Of a DNA stretch of 64,000 nucleotides, positions 42,347-52,951 are shown piece after piece. Positions within the stretch are counted from its first letter, which is position 1, and every line of letters starts with the position of its first letter. Under the pieces are notes generated by a model. It searched no databases. It saw only the letters and a program-made list of their open reading frames with translations, and was not told where the DNA came from. Where the stretch lies: the NCBI GenBank assembly GCA_963806185.1, contig CAWDXE010000007.1, positions 224,001-288,000 of the forward strand, read 5' to 3'. The position numbers and the translations under genes are program-made. Source of the stretch: an uncultured candidate division Zixibacteria bacterium (GTDB lineage: Bacteria; Zixibacteria; MSB-5A5; GN15; FEB-12).

Positions 42347-44002
42347 ATGCTGAGATTCGTTGATTATCCGATCAAGGTCAAACTTGCCTTTATGATAGTG
42401 GCAACTACGCTTGGCGCGCTGGCGGTAGCCTTCGCCATATTTGTCGTAAATGACCGCGACGCTGCGAAGACCGCGATGGTCAACCACCTGACCATTCTCG
42501 CTCAAACGGAGGCTTCCAATTGCGCCAGTGCGGTGAGTTTTGACGATGCCGCGACGGCCACCGAACAACTGGCGGCGCTGGGCTTTGACTCGCATATCGT
42601 CGCCGCCACCATCGTGCGAAAAGACGGACGGATTTTTGCCGAGTACAATCCCAGGAGTGTCCAGTACGGCCCAACAAGCTACCCGGCGGCCAACAGTCAT
42701 GAATTCAGGAACGATGAGCTGGTCGTCTCCCGCGATATCAGCGCTGAGAGCAAGGTGATCGGATTCGTCATTATCCGTTCCGATCTGACGGCGTTGAGCG
42801 AGCGGTTCTGGTGGTTTATTCGTATGTCCGGCGCGACGATCACCATTACGTTCCTATTGTCCTGGCTGATTGTCTGGCTGGGTAACAGGATTATCGCCCG
42901 GCCGCTCGTTGAACTGACCAGATCAGCCAACGCGATAGCCCTGGGTGACATTCAGCAGGACGTCAATTTCGCTTCCAAAGACGAAATCGGACGATTGTAT
43001 GAATCGTTTCGCCATCTAATGACTTATCTCAAAGATCTGGTCGGCGTCGCGCAGCAGGTGGCGGCGAATAATCTTGCCGTGGAGATTACGCCGAAGTCTG
43101 AACAGGATCTGCTCGCCCGCGCTTTCAAGCAAATGGTGCTCAACCTGAACAGTATCATCGTTCAGTTGAGCGAACAGAGCAAGAGCATGGTCTCGGCGGC
43201 GTCCGAGATCAGCAGTTCATCCGAAGAAATGTCGGCTGGCGCCCGCGAACAGGCCAAGCGGATCGCGGAGATATCGTCCACGGTCGAGGAATTCAGTGTC
43301 TCTGTGCACGAATCGGCCACCAACGCGAGTACGGCTTCATCGGTCTCGCAGAGTGCTTCCGATTGCGCCTCGACGGGCGGGCAGCTGGTCACCGAGACCA
43401 TTCGCGAAATGGTTCGGACCGAGACCGAGGTTCGGCAATCGGCCGACACGATCGGCAAACTGGCGAAATCGTCCGAGGAAATCGGTGACATTATCGGTGT
43501 GATCAGTGACATAGCGGACCAGACAAATCTCCTGGCCCTTAATGCCGCCATCGAAGCTGCGCGGGCTGGAGAGTCTGGACGGGGATTTGCCGTGGTTGCC
43601 GATGAAGTTCGCAAGTTGGCTGATCGAACCGTGCATGCCACAAAACAGATTGCCACCATGGTACAAGGCATCCAGAAAGAGACCGGACTAGCGGTCAAAA
43701 CGATGCACTCCGGCATAGAGCAAGTGCACAAGGGACGGGAACTGGCCGATAAGGCGGGATCGAGCCTCAATGAAATTCTCGCTACCAACCAGCGGGTAGC
43801 CGAGATCATTCGTCAGATTGCCCTGTCAACGGAAGAGCAGTCGACCGCGGCCACTGATGTCGCCCGAAACCTTGAGCAGATCTCCGTTGTCACCAAGGAA
43901 ACAGCCGCCGGGGCGGTACAATCGGCCCAGGCCGCCGAGCAATTGAATGTACAGGCCGAGACGCTGCAGAGGATGGTCAGTCAGTTTCGACTCGCCAAGT
44001 GA
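42347..44002 (+). CDS. Methyl-accepting chemotaxis protein with YfiN-like (CHASE8-type) periplasmic domain and HAMP
   Basis: TM, '[18 protein letters not shown]' sensor, TM, HAMP (DEIGRL), then [37 protein letters not shown]. Confidence 0.9.
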   Translation: MLRFVDYPIKVKLAFMIVATTLGALAVAFAIFVVNDRDAAKTAMVNHLTILAQTEASNCASAVSFDDAATATEQLAALGFDSHIVAATIVRKDGRIFAEYNPRSVQYGPTSYPAANSHEFRNDELVVSRDISAESKVIGFVIIRSDLTALSERFWWFIRMSGATITITFLLSWLIVWLGNRIIARPLVELTRSANAIALGDIQQDVNFASKDEIGRLYESFRHLMTYLKDLVGVAQQVAANNLAVEITPKSEQDLLARAFKQMVLNLNSIIVQLSEQSKSMVSAASEISSSSEEMSAGAREQAKRIAEISSTVEEFSVSVHESATNASTASSVSQSASDCASTGGQLVTETIREMVRTETEVRQSADTIGKLAKSSEEIGDIIGVISDIADQTNLLALNAAIEAARAGESGRGFAVVADEVRKLADRTVHATKQIATMVQGIQKETGLAVKTMHSGIEQVHKGRELADKAGSSLNEILATNQRVAEIIRQIALSTEEQSTAATDVARNLEQISVVTKETAAGAVQSAQAAEQLNVQAETLQRMVSQFRLAK

Positions 44003-44020
44003 GCCGACGGAACGACAGGG

Positions 44021-44064
44021 AAAAAGAACCGGGTTGGACGATTGTCCAACCCGGTTTTGCTTTT
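44021..44064. terminator. Bidirectional intrinsic terminator
   Basis: A-run, AACCGGGTTGGAC-GATT-GTCCAACCCGGTT, T-run, between convergent genes. Confidence 0.85.
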
Positions 44065-44087
44065 GCGGACCGATGAAAGGGCCTGAT

Positions 44088-45935
44088 TTATTGATCGCGC
44101 TTCGGTGCGGATACCGATTCGGGGCGTTTGACGTCGATCGGTTGAGGTAGCGGCTGACCGGCAGCGGCGACATTCTGGGTCGGGCGCTTGGCAGCAACCG
44201 AAGCCTCCATTTGCCGCCGGTAGTCAATACCCTTTTCTTTGGCGAATCCGAGTTCTTCGGCGTGGAGGTAAAGGTTTCTGTCACCCTCATCTTTGACCAA
44301 CTCTGTCTGAATCGGGTGAGCAACCGCGTAGGCGTCATGACGAATGCCGGTCACCATCCAACTGACTTTCACGTTCGGCTTATCGGTCTTGATGCTGAAT
44401 TGATTGTTGGCGATTTCAGAAGAGACAATCGCCTGTGCAAACTGCCCGATGCAAGTGAGTTGATAGCGAAAGTCCTTGTTGAGCGCGCCAAACCAGTCGG
44501 AGAGAGTAACGGTAGCATTGCCGGACGCGTCGGTGGTTATCACGCCGTCGTAGATATTCTTCATGTCGGGTGACTCAACGAACGAATGCTGAAGGTACTT
44601 GTTGGCTGGATCCAGGGGATGGTCAATGCGGAACGCCCCTGCCCCCTTCGTGAGGGTACCGGTAACAGTGCAATTGCCCTGGAAGTAACCAGCGTAGTTA
44701 GTCCCGCCACCGGAGGCTGAGCCAAAGACGCCGAATTTGGATCCTCCAGCGCCGGACGCTACCCCGTAGACGGCGACTTTGCCTCCCGTGCCGTCGCCAG
44801 AAGCGTTTCCGTACAAGCCGTAATACGAAGCGCCTCCGTTCTGAGCGACCAACCCCTCGGCGCCGATGAACCCGCCCTCAAACAGGCCGCCGAAGCCCCA
44901 GTTGTCGGCCGGGGTCGACTTGCCGTATACGGCAACGGCATCACTGGAGGACGTGTTGGTGAACTCGGCGTGGATTACGTGAGTGTTGCTCGATGGATAC
45001 CCTGACACGAATTGTGCCGCGCGAGAGCTGTCGCTGTGCACGTAAACACCTCTGCCGCGCTGAAAATAACCGGAATAGCCGCCGGCCCAGCCGTCAGAGA
45101 AGACGCCGATGCCACTATCGCTGCTGCAGGAGATCGCAGCCCCGGTGCCGAGACTCCGCGCATAGATGCAGCCGGAATTGCCATCGGCGATGAAGGTCGC
45201 CGCCATACCGCCGGTTACGCCCAGACAACTGGCTGAAACTGCCTGCGGATAATTCCACGTTGACAGATAAGAGCCAACGCCGAAGAGTCCAGCGGCCGAC
45301 GTCGTTGATGCGTTGAATGCCCGCACGGCATTGTCGTAGATACCGCTGCCATTGGCCTCAAAGAGGCTCGCCGTAAAGCCGCCGGTTTTGGCTCGGACCC
45401 GCAACTGTAAGCCGGCGGCAAGCGACTTCGTACCAATCAATACACTCTTCATAGTGTCCGCTTCCTGAAGATAGGAACCGGAAATTTCCCAGCCGGAAGC
45501 AAACGCCGACGGCAGTTGCCCGCCCAATTTATCGGCATTGTCGGCGTGCGAGGCCTGGTAGGCAAAGGCCCCGGTCGTGAAACGGGTGCGCGGAGAAATC
45601 TCCGGATCTACGTCGACTGTGATCCCGACGGTTAGAAGAGTGTCGGTTGCCCAATTCACGACCGGCAGCGCCGGCTGCGGCGACTGGCCGAGTTTGACTT
45701 CAAACAAGCCGTCGGTGAAGGTCACCGAGATGAAACCGCTGTTCCAAAGCGCGGCGCTGGTCCCGTCGTAAATCGTGAATTTCACCAGTTTGGCGCCGGT
45801 GTACGGCACACCGGTGCTGCTGGTCAGCCGACCCTGGTAGCTGATCAAGTGCGGAACCTCGGCCAAGGCCGCGCCGCATAACAGCAGTGACACGACGACC
45901 AGGTTGATTACCATGTGAATACGCGAGTGTGACAT
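44088..45935 (-). CDS. Secreted fibre-like protein with Gly-rich repeats and an intramolecular-chaperone-like C-terminus
   Basis: Signal peptide, VPHLISYQGRLT domain, AVYG/GVFG/GLYG repeats, and FRIDHPLDPANKYLQHSFVESP...NIYDG. Confidence 0.65.
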   Translation of the reverse strand: MSHSRIHMVINLVVVSLLLCGAALAEVPHLISYQGRLTSSTGVPYTGAKLVKFTIYDGTSAALWNSGFISVTFTDGLFEVKLGQSPQPALPVVNWATDTLLTVGITVDVDPEISPRTRFTTGAFAYQASHADNADKLGGQLPSAFASGWEISGSYLQEADTMKSVLIGTKSLAAGLQLRVRAKTGGFTASLFEANGSGIYDNAVRAFNASTTSAAGLFGVGSYLSTWNYPQAVSASCLGVTGGMAATFIADGNSGCIYARSLGTGAAISCSSDSGIGVFSDGWAGGYSGYFQRGRGVYVHSDSSRAAQFVSGYPSSNTHVIHAEFTNTSSSDAVAVYGKSTPADNWGFGGLFEGGFIGAEGLVAQNGGASYYGLYGNASGDGTGGKVAVYGVASGAGGSKFGVFGSASGGGTNYAGYFQGNCTVTGTLTKGAGAFRIDHPLDPANKYLQHSFVESPDMKNIYDGVITTDASGNATVTLSDWFGALNKDFRYQLTCIGQFAQAIVSSEIANNQFSIKTDKPNVKVSWMVTGIRHDAYAVAHPIQTELVKDEGDRNLYLHAEELGFAKEKGIDYRRQMEASVAAKRPTQNVAAAGQPLPQPIDVKRPESVSAPKRDQ

Positions 45936-46473
45936 CAGATTGTCTCCCGGTTGAAGGATTATTGTCTCGAGTCTGCATTTTCAAAGGGGTAATGACGCAA
46001 TATCCAATCGCTCATATCCCCCGGATATTGGTCGAGCACCGTCCACTGCCTTGGTGTACGAGAGCACATGATACGCCGTCATGCCTGAGTTATCGACCGA
46101 TTGTGTGGCCAATATAGGTCGAAGTACTCCAATTTAGCAATACCGAATTCATCGCGCCCAAAGGAGGGAGAAGCAGTTCATTTGCACCAATCTCGGACGC
46201 TGGGGAAAGAAGCAAGTTAGAGTGGTTTAACTGCTCGTCCCGTTGACTGCTATTTCTTTTCCTGCAACTGCTTAGGTGCATCTTTTCGCTTGACTTGCGG
46301 GCCGCGTCGGGGCTAGATTCGTAGGTCGATTTTTGAGGGCAGGGACGGGTTAGGTCGCCGTTGCGAAATTCGCGGGCGGACAGGCAAATGAGTTGGATGA
46401 TTTGACGTGTTGCACCGTCTTCTGAGGTAGTGAAGTACTGCCGCCAAGTTGAACTGCCAGCGAAGGAAACAAT

Positions 46474-47760
46474 TTGCTCGTGTCCCGAATCAAAACGGCG
46501 CCTCTCTCTTTTATTGTCTGGCTCGCCCTGACAGTCCTCGTCGCCTCCACTCCGGGAGCGGCGCAAGAGAAAGTCGCGGCGATTACCGACACGTTACCCT
46601 CTCCCTCTCCACTCACCCCGGACACTCTGGCCATCGCCAAAACGCCCCATCCACCCACGGATGTTCATGCTGAAGATCTGGACAATGACGCCGGCGGATC
46701 GCTCGAAATTGTCTGGACCTTGTCGTCTGACGACGTTTCTCCCTCCGGCAGAGTTCGACATTATCGAATCGAGCGGGCGAAATTGACCGGCGGCCAACCT
46801 GGCGGGTTTACTGAAGTCGGCGACGTATCGGCGGGGACCAAGGTATTTGACGACGGCCGGACCAGCGACGACGAGACATACATATATAGGGTCGTTGCGG
46901 TAAACGATTCCCTCTTTGATGACGAACCGGTCTGGCGATTTGTTGCGGCATCGGCCCCGAGCAATTCTGCGAAATCTTCGGCCCAGTGGTTCGACATGAG
47001 ACGGATCAATGTCTTCGTCGGCGTACTCCTGTTATGTGGCTTCATCATCTATTATATATCTCGGGCCAAGGCGGGTAAGGAGATCTTCATCCGCAAGATT
47101 GCCGGTCTTGAAGCGGTTGATGAAGCAGTCGGTCGAGCCACCGAAATGGGCAAGAAGATTTACTATATCCCCGGCTCTCAGGATATGGACAACGTACAGA
47201 CCCTGGCTGGAATCACCATCCTGGGCCGTGTCGCTGAACTGGCGGCGCAATACGATTCCAAATTGGAGGTGCCGGTTTCCCGCTCGCTCGTGATGGTGAC
47301 CTGCCGAGAAGTTTTGAAGGAGTCGTATGCGCGAGCCGGGCGAGTTGACGCGTTTCACGACGACCAAGTGAAATATCTGACCGACGATCAGTTTGGATAT
47401 GCGGCCGCGATTGACGGTATGGTGGTACGGGAACGACCGGCCACTATTTTTCTGATGGGCTCATTTTATGCCGAATCGCTGGTTCTGGCCGAGACCGGCA
47501 ACAGTGTCGGCGCGATTCAGATTGCCGGTACCGGGCAGCCGTCGCAGTTGCCCTTCTTCGTGGCGGCATGTGACTACACGCTGATCGGTGAAGAATTGTT
47601 CGCCGCCTCAGCTTATCTAAGCAAGGAGCCCCGGCAATTGGGCTCGCTGAAGGGGCAGGACATCGGCAAGGGGCTGATCCTGGTTTGTATCGTCATCGGC
47701 ATTATTCTGGAGACCTTCCACATCTGGAATATGCACAGGCTTTTTACGGTGATCGAATAG
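46474..47760 (+). CDS. Module 1 subunit A: Fn3-like ectodomain + DUF6754-like domain
   Basis: Signal peptide, Fn3-like region (Y-YRVVAV), TM, IRKIAGLEAVDEAVGRATEMG, QIAGT...QLPFFVAACDYTLIGEELFAASAYL, C-terminal TM. Confidence 0.85.
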   Translation: MLVSRIKTAPLSFIVWLALTVLVASTPGAAQEKVAAITDTLPSPSPLTPDTLAIAKTPHPPTDVHAEDLDNDAGGSLEIVWTLSSDDVSPSGRVRHYRIERAKLTGGQPGGFTEVGDVSAGTKVFDDGRTSDDETYIYRVVAVNDSLFDDEPVWRFVAASAPSNSAKSSAQWFDMRRINVFVGVLLLCGFIIYYISRAKAGKEIFIRKIAGLEAVDEAVGRATEMGKKIYYIPGSQDMDNVQTLAGITILGRVAELAAQYDSKLEVPVSRSLVMVTCREVLKESYARAGRVDAFHDDQVKYLTDDQFGYAAAIDGMVVRERPATIFLMGSFYAESLVLAETGNSVGAIQIAGTGQPSQLPFFVAACDYTLIGEELFAASAYLSKEPRQLGSLKGQDIGKGLILVCIVIGIILETFHIWNMHRLFTVIE

Positions 47761-47761
47761 T

Positions 47762-48409
47762 ATGCGGCGCGAAGTACCATTGCTGATCACCGGAATTGTC
47801 GGAATCATATTCGTCATTCAATATTTCATCCCCCATTTTCCATTCGGCCGCATGGCCAATTGGTTTGCCGACTGGTTCAGTATTGTTGCAGCCTGTGCGG
47901 TGTGGCTGGGTGTCCTGAATCTTCTGAAAATGTCGCTTGAAAAGATCGTCGCTCGTAAGGCGGATTGGGGCTACGCCATTATCATTGTCGTCTGTTTCTT
48001 CCTGATAACGATTATTGGGTTTGCCGAGGGGCGGGATTCGCGCAACGTGGGCACCGGCTTCGACTGGCTGTATACCTACGTGTATTCGCCGCTCTCGTCA
48101 ACGATGTTTGCCATTCTGGCGTTTTTCGTCGCCTCGGCATCCTATCGGGCTTTTCGCGCCAGGAATCTTGAAGCGACCTTGCTTTTGCTTTCCGCCTTTT
48201 TTGTGATGCTCGGCCGCGTACCGGTAGGTGATCTGCTCACCGGATGGCTGCCGGATTCCATGCAGCTCTCCGGCCTGGCCACGTGGATTATGAACTTTCC
48301 GAATACGGCCGGCCAGCGCGCCATTATGATCGGCATCGCTCTGGGTACCGTGTCGTCGTCATTGCGCATTATCCTCGGGATCGAGCGTTCATATCTGGGA
48401 GGGGAGTAG
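47762..48409 (+). CDS. Module 1 subunit B: polytopic membrane protein
   Basis: About 6 TM; MFAILAFFVASASYRAFRAR and RAIMIGI...LGIERSY. Confidence 0.85.
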   Translation: MRREVPLLITGIVGIIFVIQYFIPHFPFGRMANWFADWFSIVAACAVWLGVLNLLKMSLEKIVARKADWGYAIIIVVCFFLITIIGFAEGRDSRNVGTGFDWLYTYVYSPLSSTMFAILAFFVASASYRAFRARNLEATLLLLSAFFVMLGRVPVGDLLTGWLPDSMQLSGLATWIMNFPNTAGQRAIMIGIALGTVSSSLRIILGIERSYLGGE

Positions 48410-48412
48410 GGC

Positions 48413-49432
48413 ATGACCGAACACGCCAAAGCCAATCCCAAAATGGAGATCATCGCAACAGCGGCGGCGTTCGTTGCGCTAATCCTCATCTATGTGGGGC
48501 GGCAGAATGACTGGTTCCCGGCGATCGTGATGGGAACGCTGGTGTCGACGGTGGTCGTGTGCCTGATCTTTGCCGGGCTCCTCTGGATTCTGGTGCGTAC
48601 GATTCGGGGTAAACAGGCCGAGCGCCGCATTGTCTTTCTCTTTATTGCGCTGGCAGTGTCGCTGCCGTTGTTCATGAGCCTCAAGCAGACCATCAAGATT
48701 TCGCCGGAAGCCGCCACCTTTTATGCCGGGTTGGAGAGTCTCCCGGCGGGTTCCAAAGTGCTCGCCACTTTTGACTACGATCCGCCGTCGGCGCCGGAAC
48801 TCCAGCCGATGGCAGAATCGTTCTTCCGCTATGCGTTTCACAAGAATCTAAAGGTGATCATCATGGGGCTCTGGCCGCAAGGACCTCAGCAGGCGAACCT
48901 GGCGCTTAACAAGATTCTCGCTGAGGATGATATCAAGGCGATGGGGCTGCGGTATGGCGTTGATTATGTCAATCTCGGTTTTCAATCGGGCAACGAGTTT
49001 GTTATTCAGCGCATGGGTTCGGATATTCGATCAATGTTCCCCACCGACATGAATGGAACGCCGTATGACAGTCTGCAACTTGTGCACAACGTGAAGAACT
49101 TCTCCAACATTGATTATTCCTTCAATTTGTCAGCGGGGTATCCCGGTACCAAGGAGTGGGTGTTAGTGGCGGTAGACCGGTACGGCCTCAAGATCGGCGC
49201 CGGCAACACGGCCGTGCAGGTGACGGAAATGTACCCGTACGTTCGCACGGGCCAGCTTATCGGCATTCTGGGCGGCATGAACGGCGCAGCGGAATTTGAA
49301 AAGCTTACCAAGGTACTCGGCAAAGGAACCCGGTTCATGTTGTCGCAGTCATTCGCGCACCTGATGGTCATTGCCTTCATCCTTATCGGGAATGTCGCCT
49401 ATTTCAGGCTCGAGCGGAAAGGACGGAAGTAA
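48413..49432 (+). CDS. Module 1 subunit C: membrane-anchored protein with large soluble domain
   Basis: N-terminal TMs, FDYDP...ELQPM, GVDYVNLG, YPY...GILGGMNGAAE, C-terminal TM. Confidence 0.85.
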   Translation: MTEHAKANPKMEIIATAAAFVALILIYVGRQNDWFPAIVMGTLVSTVVVCLIFAGLLWILVRTIRGKQAERRIVFLFIALAVSLPLFMSLKQTIKISPEAATFYAGLESLPAGSKVLATFDYDPPSAPELQPMAESFFRYAFHKNLKVIIMGLWPQGPQQANLALNKILAEDDIKAMGLRYGVDYVNLGFQSGNEFVIQRMGSDIRSMFPTDMNGTPYDSLQLVHNVKNFSNIDYSFNLSAGYPGTKEWVLVAVDRYGLKIGAGNTAVQVTEMYPYVRTGQLIGILGGMNGAAEFEKLTKVLGKGTRFMLSQSFAHLMVIAFILIGNVAYFRLERKGRK

Positions 49433-49438
49433 GGCGCC

Positions 49439-50107
49439 ATGGAAAGCGGATTCATGTACCACTTCGCGCTCTGGGTAGCGGCCTTTCTCACGCTCGGCAT
49501 TATCTCATTTCTGTACCGTGACAACGTTTGGTACAAGATCTGCGAAGCGGTATTTGTCGGCATTTCGGCCGGGTACTGGTTTGTCACCTACTTCTGGGAC
49601 AACATCTACGGCAAATTCTGGATCGGCGTCTTTCCGCCTGGCGGCGGCGCCCGCACTGACGACTGGTATATGCTGCTCTTTGGAGGTGTACTGGGGATTC
49701 TCATGTTGCTGCGGCTGGTGCCGAAAATTGGTTGGATTTCGCGATGGCCGCTGGCCTTCATCGTCGGCGCCACGGCCGGTCTGTACCTGATTACGTACTT
49801 CGCGTCCAACGTGATGGTGCAGCTCCAGGATACGGTGCGACCTCTTTTCGGCGCCGCGGGCGAGACAGTCTCAATGTACGACGCCATCGGCAACATTGTC
49901 GTTGCCGTTGGCACCTTCAGCGGTCTGATCTATTTCTTCTTTTCCAAAGAACATAAGGGCGCCTTTGGAGCTACCGCCAAGGTGGGCATTTTCTTCCTCA
50001 TGATTACTTTCGGGGCATCATTCGGCTATACGGTTATGAGCCGTATGTCATTGCTCATCGGGCGCATTGATTTTCTCTTCACCGATTGGTTAGGATTGAT
50101 ACGCTAG
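49439..50107 (+). CDS. Module 1 subunit D: polytopic membrane protein
   Basis: AAFLTL..SFLYRDN, VGISAGY, YFFFSKEH and FGASFGYTVMSR. Confidence 0.85.
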   Translation: MESGFMYHFALWVAAFLTLGIISFLYRDNVWYKICEAVFVGISAGYWFVTYFWDNIYGKFWIGVFPPGGGARTDDWYMLLFGGVLGILMLLRLVPKIGWISRWPLAFIVGATAGLYLITYFASNVMVQLQDTVRPLFGAAGETVSMYDAIGNIVVAVGTFSGLIYFFFSKEHKGAFGATAKVGIFFLMITFGASFGYTVMSRMSLLIGRIDFLFTDWLGLIR

Positions 50108-51357
50108 TGCCACGACACGTCTCCATACATCGCAGGGCATACTCCCGTTTTGCGCTCTCGCTATTGGGTGTCTGCTTCTTTGCGGTCAATTCCCTCCTGG
50201 CCCAGGCCGACGCCGGCCTCACCGGAGATTCGTCTATTGTCGCCGTCCCGGTTGCACCGGCCACGTCGTTGATTGCGGAGGACCACAAGTACGACAACGG
50301 CGATGCCATCAGTTTGACCTGGGTGCCGTCGATCGACGACCAACTGCCGGCAGGTAAGCTCACCGGATATGCGCTGTTTCGCATCACCAATTCCTCCGCA
50401 CCCGAAAAGATCGCCGACCTGTTCCCCGGCGCCAACAATTATCTCGACGAGGGTCTCAGCGGCGACAGCAGCTACTCCTACTATCTTGTAGCGCTCGCCG
50501 GCAATGCGCGCTCGGAATCGATTCACACGGCGCAACTGACCCCCCACGTGGAATGGCTGAACCTCTCCCGGCTCAATTTGCTGCTCATCGCGGTCGTCTT
50601 CGGCGGTGCCGTAATCTACTTTATCGAGACCGCTCGCCGAGGGAAGAAGTATTTCATTCGCAAGATCGCCGGGCTGGATGCGGTCGACGAGGCAATCGGC
50701 CGGGCCACCGAGATGGGCCGGCCCATCCTCTTCATTCCAGGCATTCAGGATATGGACGACGTGCAGACCATTGCCGCCATTACGATTCTGGGGCGGATCT
50801 CTCGCACCATCGCCGATTATGATTCAAAAATTCTCATGCCCGTGTCACGTTCGCTCGTGATGACGGCCGCTCGTGAGACCATCAAGACGTCGTTTGCGGC
50901 GGCGGGTCGCCCGGATGCGTACAACGATGATTTTGTGCACTACGTCACTGATGAACAATTCGGCTACGTGGCGGCAGTTGACGGTATTATGGTGCGCGAG
51001 AAACCGGCCGCGACTTTCTTTCTCGGCGCGTTTTTCGCCGAATCGCTGATCCTGGCCGAAACCGGGAATTCGATCGGCGCCATCCAGATTGCCGGCACGG
51101 CCATGCCCACGCAGATCCCGTTTTTTGTCGCGGCCTGCGACTTTGCGCTGATTGGGGAGGAGCTGTTTGCAGCTTCGGCGTATCTGTCGGGTGAGCCGAA
51201 GCAACTCGGGTCGCTGAAGGGGCAAGATGTCGGCAAGGGAATCGCGCTGGCGACGATTCTAGTCGGCACGGCCGCCGTCACCATTGCCCTGGCCTGGCAT
51301 AATGAGTTCTTTGGTTCCGTGCTCCGGGTGCTTAACTCTGTCTTCAGGACGAACTGA
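50107..51357 (+). CDS. Module 2 subunit A (Fn3-like + DUF6754-like)
   Basis: Paralogue of A1: IRKIAGLDAVDEAIGRATEMG and FVAACDFALIGEELFAASAYL. Start uncertain; GTG 50107 overlaps the D1 stop. Confidence 0.85.
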   Translation: MPRHVSIHRRAYSRFALSLLGVCFFAVNSLLAQADAGLTGDSSIVAVPVAPATSLIAEDHKYDNGDAISLTWVPSIDDQLPAGKLTGYALFRITNSSAPEKIADLFPGANNYLDEGLSGDSSYSYYLVALAGNARSESIHTAQLTPHVEWLNLSRLNLLLIAVVFGGAVIYFIETARRGKKYFIRKIAGLDAVDEAIGRATEMGRPILFIPGIQDMDDVQTIAAITILGRISRTIADYDSKILMPVSRSLVMTAARETIKTSFAAAGRPDAYNDDFVHYVTDEQFGYVAAVDGIMVREKPAATFFLGAFFAESLILAETGNSIGAIQIAGTAMPTQIPFFVAACDFALIGEELFAASAYLSGEPKQLGSLKGQDVGKGIALATILVGTAAVTIALAWHNEFFGSVLRVLNSVFRTN

Positions 51358-51362
51358 CGGTT

Positions 51363-52034
51363 ATGAAACGCGAAGTCCCACTGCTCATCACCCTGTTTGT
51401 CGCCTCGCTCCTGATCATTTCCGTATTCATCCCTCCACTTGAGAGTGCCGGAGAGAATTTTACTCTGTTCTTCGACATCATCGCCGTCTTTGCATTCTTC
51501 CTTGGCGGGGGGAACCTGCTGCGTGTCCATCTGGACAAAGTGATAAGTCGACGCGACCAATGGGGATATTCCGTAGTGACGCTCGCCGGTTTCCTGGTCA
51601 TGCTGATCGCGGGCATCTCCAAGATCGGCTTGGCGACTATCGCCACGCCGGTGACCAATGACGGCGGCTGGTTCCAGACGATCTTTGCCAACGTGATGTC
51701 GCCGCTCAATTCGTCGATGTATGCGTTGCTGGCGTTTTTTGTCGCGTCGGCTTCGTACCGGGCGTTTCGCGCCAAAAATCGCGAGGCAACTCTGCTGCTG
51801 ATTGCTGCGTTCATTGTTCTTCTGGGTCGCACACCGTTTGGCACGGTGCTTACATCTTGGGTGCCGGACAATTTCAGTCTGCTGCAAATTCCCAATTTGG
51901 CGATTTGGATCATGAACTCACCCAATCTGGCCGGCCAGCGGGCAATTATGATCGGCATCAGTCTCGGCGTGGTGTCAATGTCGTTGCGCCTCATCCTCGG
52001 GATTGAACGAAGCTACCTGGGGGATGACAAATGA
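51363..52034 (+). CDS. Module 2 subunit B
   Basis: MKREVPLLIT, AFFVASASYRAFRAK and GQRAIMIGI...LGIERSY. Confidence 0.85.
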   Translation: MKREVPLLITLFVASLLIISVFIPPLESAGENFTLFFDIIAVFAFFLGGGNLLRVHLDKVISRRDQWGYSVVTLAGFLVMLIAGISKIGLATIATPVTNDGGWFQTIFANVMSPLNSSMYALLAFFVASASYRAFRAKNREATLLLIAAFIVLLGRTPFGTVLTSWVPDNFSLLQIPNLAIWIMNSPNLAGQRAIMIGISLGVVSMSLRLILGIERSYLGDDK

Positions 52035-52951
52035 CGGCGTCCCATATCGGCCTGATCATATCTCTCTGTATCATCGGCGGCGGCCTGGTCTGGATGCTCG
52101 TGCGTACGATCAGGGGCAAGGTTGTCGAGCGCCGCATCGTTTTTCTCTTCATCGCCGTCTCTGTACTGGCGCCGATTCTCTTCCAGTTCACTTTCACCGA
52201 GACGGCCTCGCCGATTGTCAAAGGTGTCTTCGAACGGATAGAGGATCTTCCCCCGCGCTCAACCGTGCTGATCTCGTTTGATTTTGACCCGGCGATGGCG
52301 CCGGAAGTCCATCCGATGGCCAACGCACTTGTCCGGCACTGCCTGGTGAAGAAGCACAAAGTGGTCTTCATGGCCCTCTGGGCCACCGGTCAATCGCTGC
52401 TCAATCAGACACTGACCAATGTCGTAAGAGCCGAATTCCCCGAGGTCACCGAAGGGATCGATTACATCAATCTCGGCTACAAGGCGGGCAATGAGGGCGT
52501 ACTCAACGTCATCGTCACCGACCTGCGGAAGATGTTCCCCAACGATGTCAACAACCGCCCGCTCGACAGTATTCCCTGGATGAAAGACATCAAGTCTTGT
52601 CGCGACTTCAATTTGATCCTGACCATCGGCGGTGGTAAACCGGGAGCCAAAGAATGGGTGCTGTTTGTCGGCGATCCGGGCAATGTGCCGATCGCGGCCG
52701 GCCTCGCCGCGGTGTCTACGCCGCAGTTGTATCCCTATTATCCGAAACAACTTGTTGGCCTGTTGGGCGGAATCAAAGGGGCGGCTGAGTACGAATCGGA
52801 ACTTCGTAAGCGATATCCTCAGTTCCTGGCCGTCCCCGCACCTGGCCTTCTTATGATGGGACCACAGACGCTGGCTCACATGGTCATCATCATCTTCATC
52901 ATTTTCGGCAATATTGCCTACTTCCGTGGGCGGAAGCGAGGGGAGAAGTGA
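52031..52951 (+). CDS. Module 2 subunit C
   Basis: ERRIVFLFIA, FDFDP...EVHPM, GIDYINLG and YPY...GLLGGIKGAAEYE; ATGA overlap with B2. Confidence 0.85.
   Translation: MTASHIGLIISLCIIGGGLVWMLVRTIRGKVVERRIVFLFIAVSVLAPILFQFTFTETASPIVKGVFERIEDLPPRSTVLISFDFDPAMAPEVHPMANALVRHCLVKKHKVVFMALWATGQSLLNQTLTNVVRAEFPEVTEGIDYINLGYKAGNEGVLNVIVTDLRKMFPNDVNNRPLDSIPWMKDIKSCRDFNLILTIGGGKPGAKEWVLFVGDPGNVPIAAGLAAVSTPQLYPYYPKQLVGLLGGIKGAAEYESELRKRYPQFLAVPAPGLLMMGPQTLAHMVIIIFIIFGNIAYFRGRKRGEK

Noticed and set aside
44088..45935. Prophage remnant
   Set aside because: The protein has a signal peptide and there are no neighbouring phage or integrase genes.
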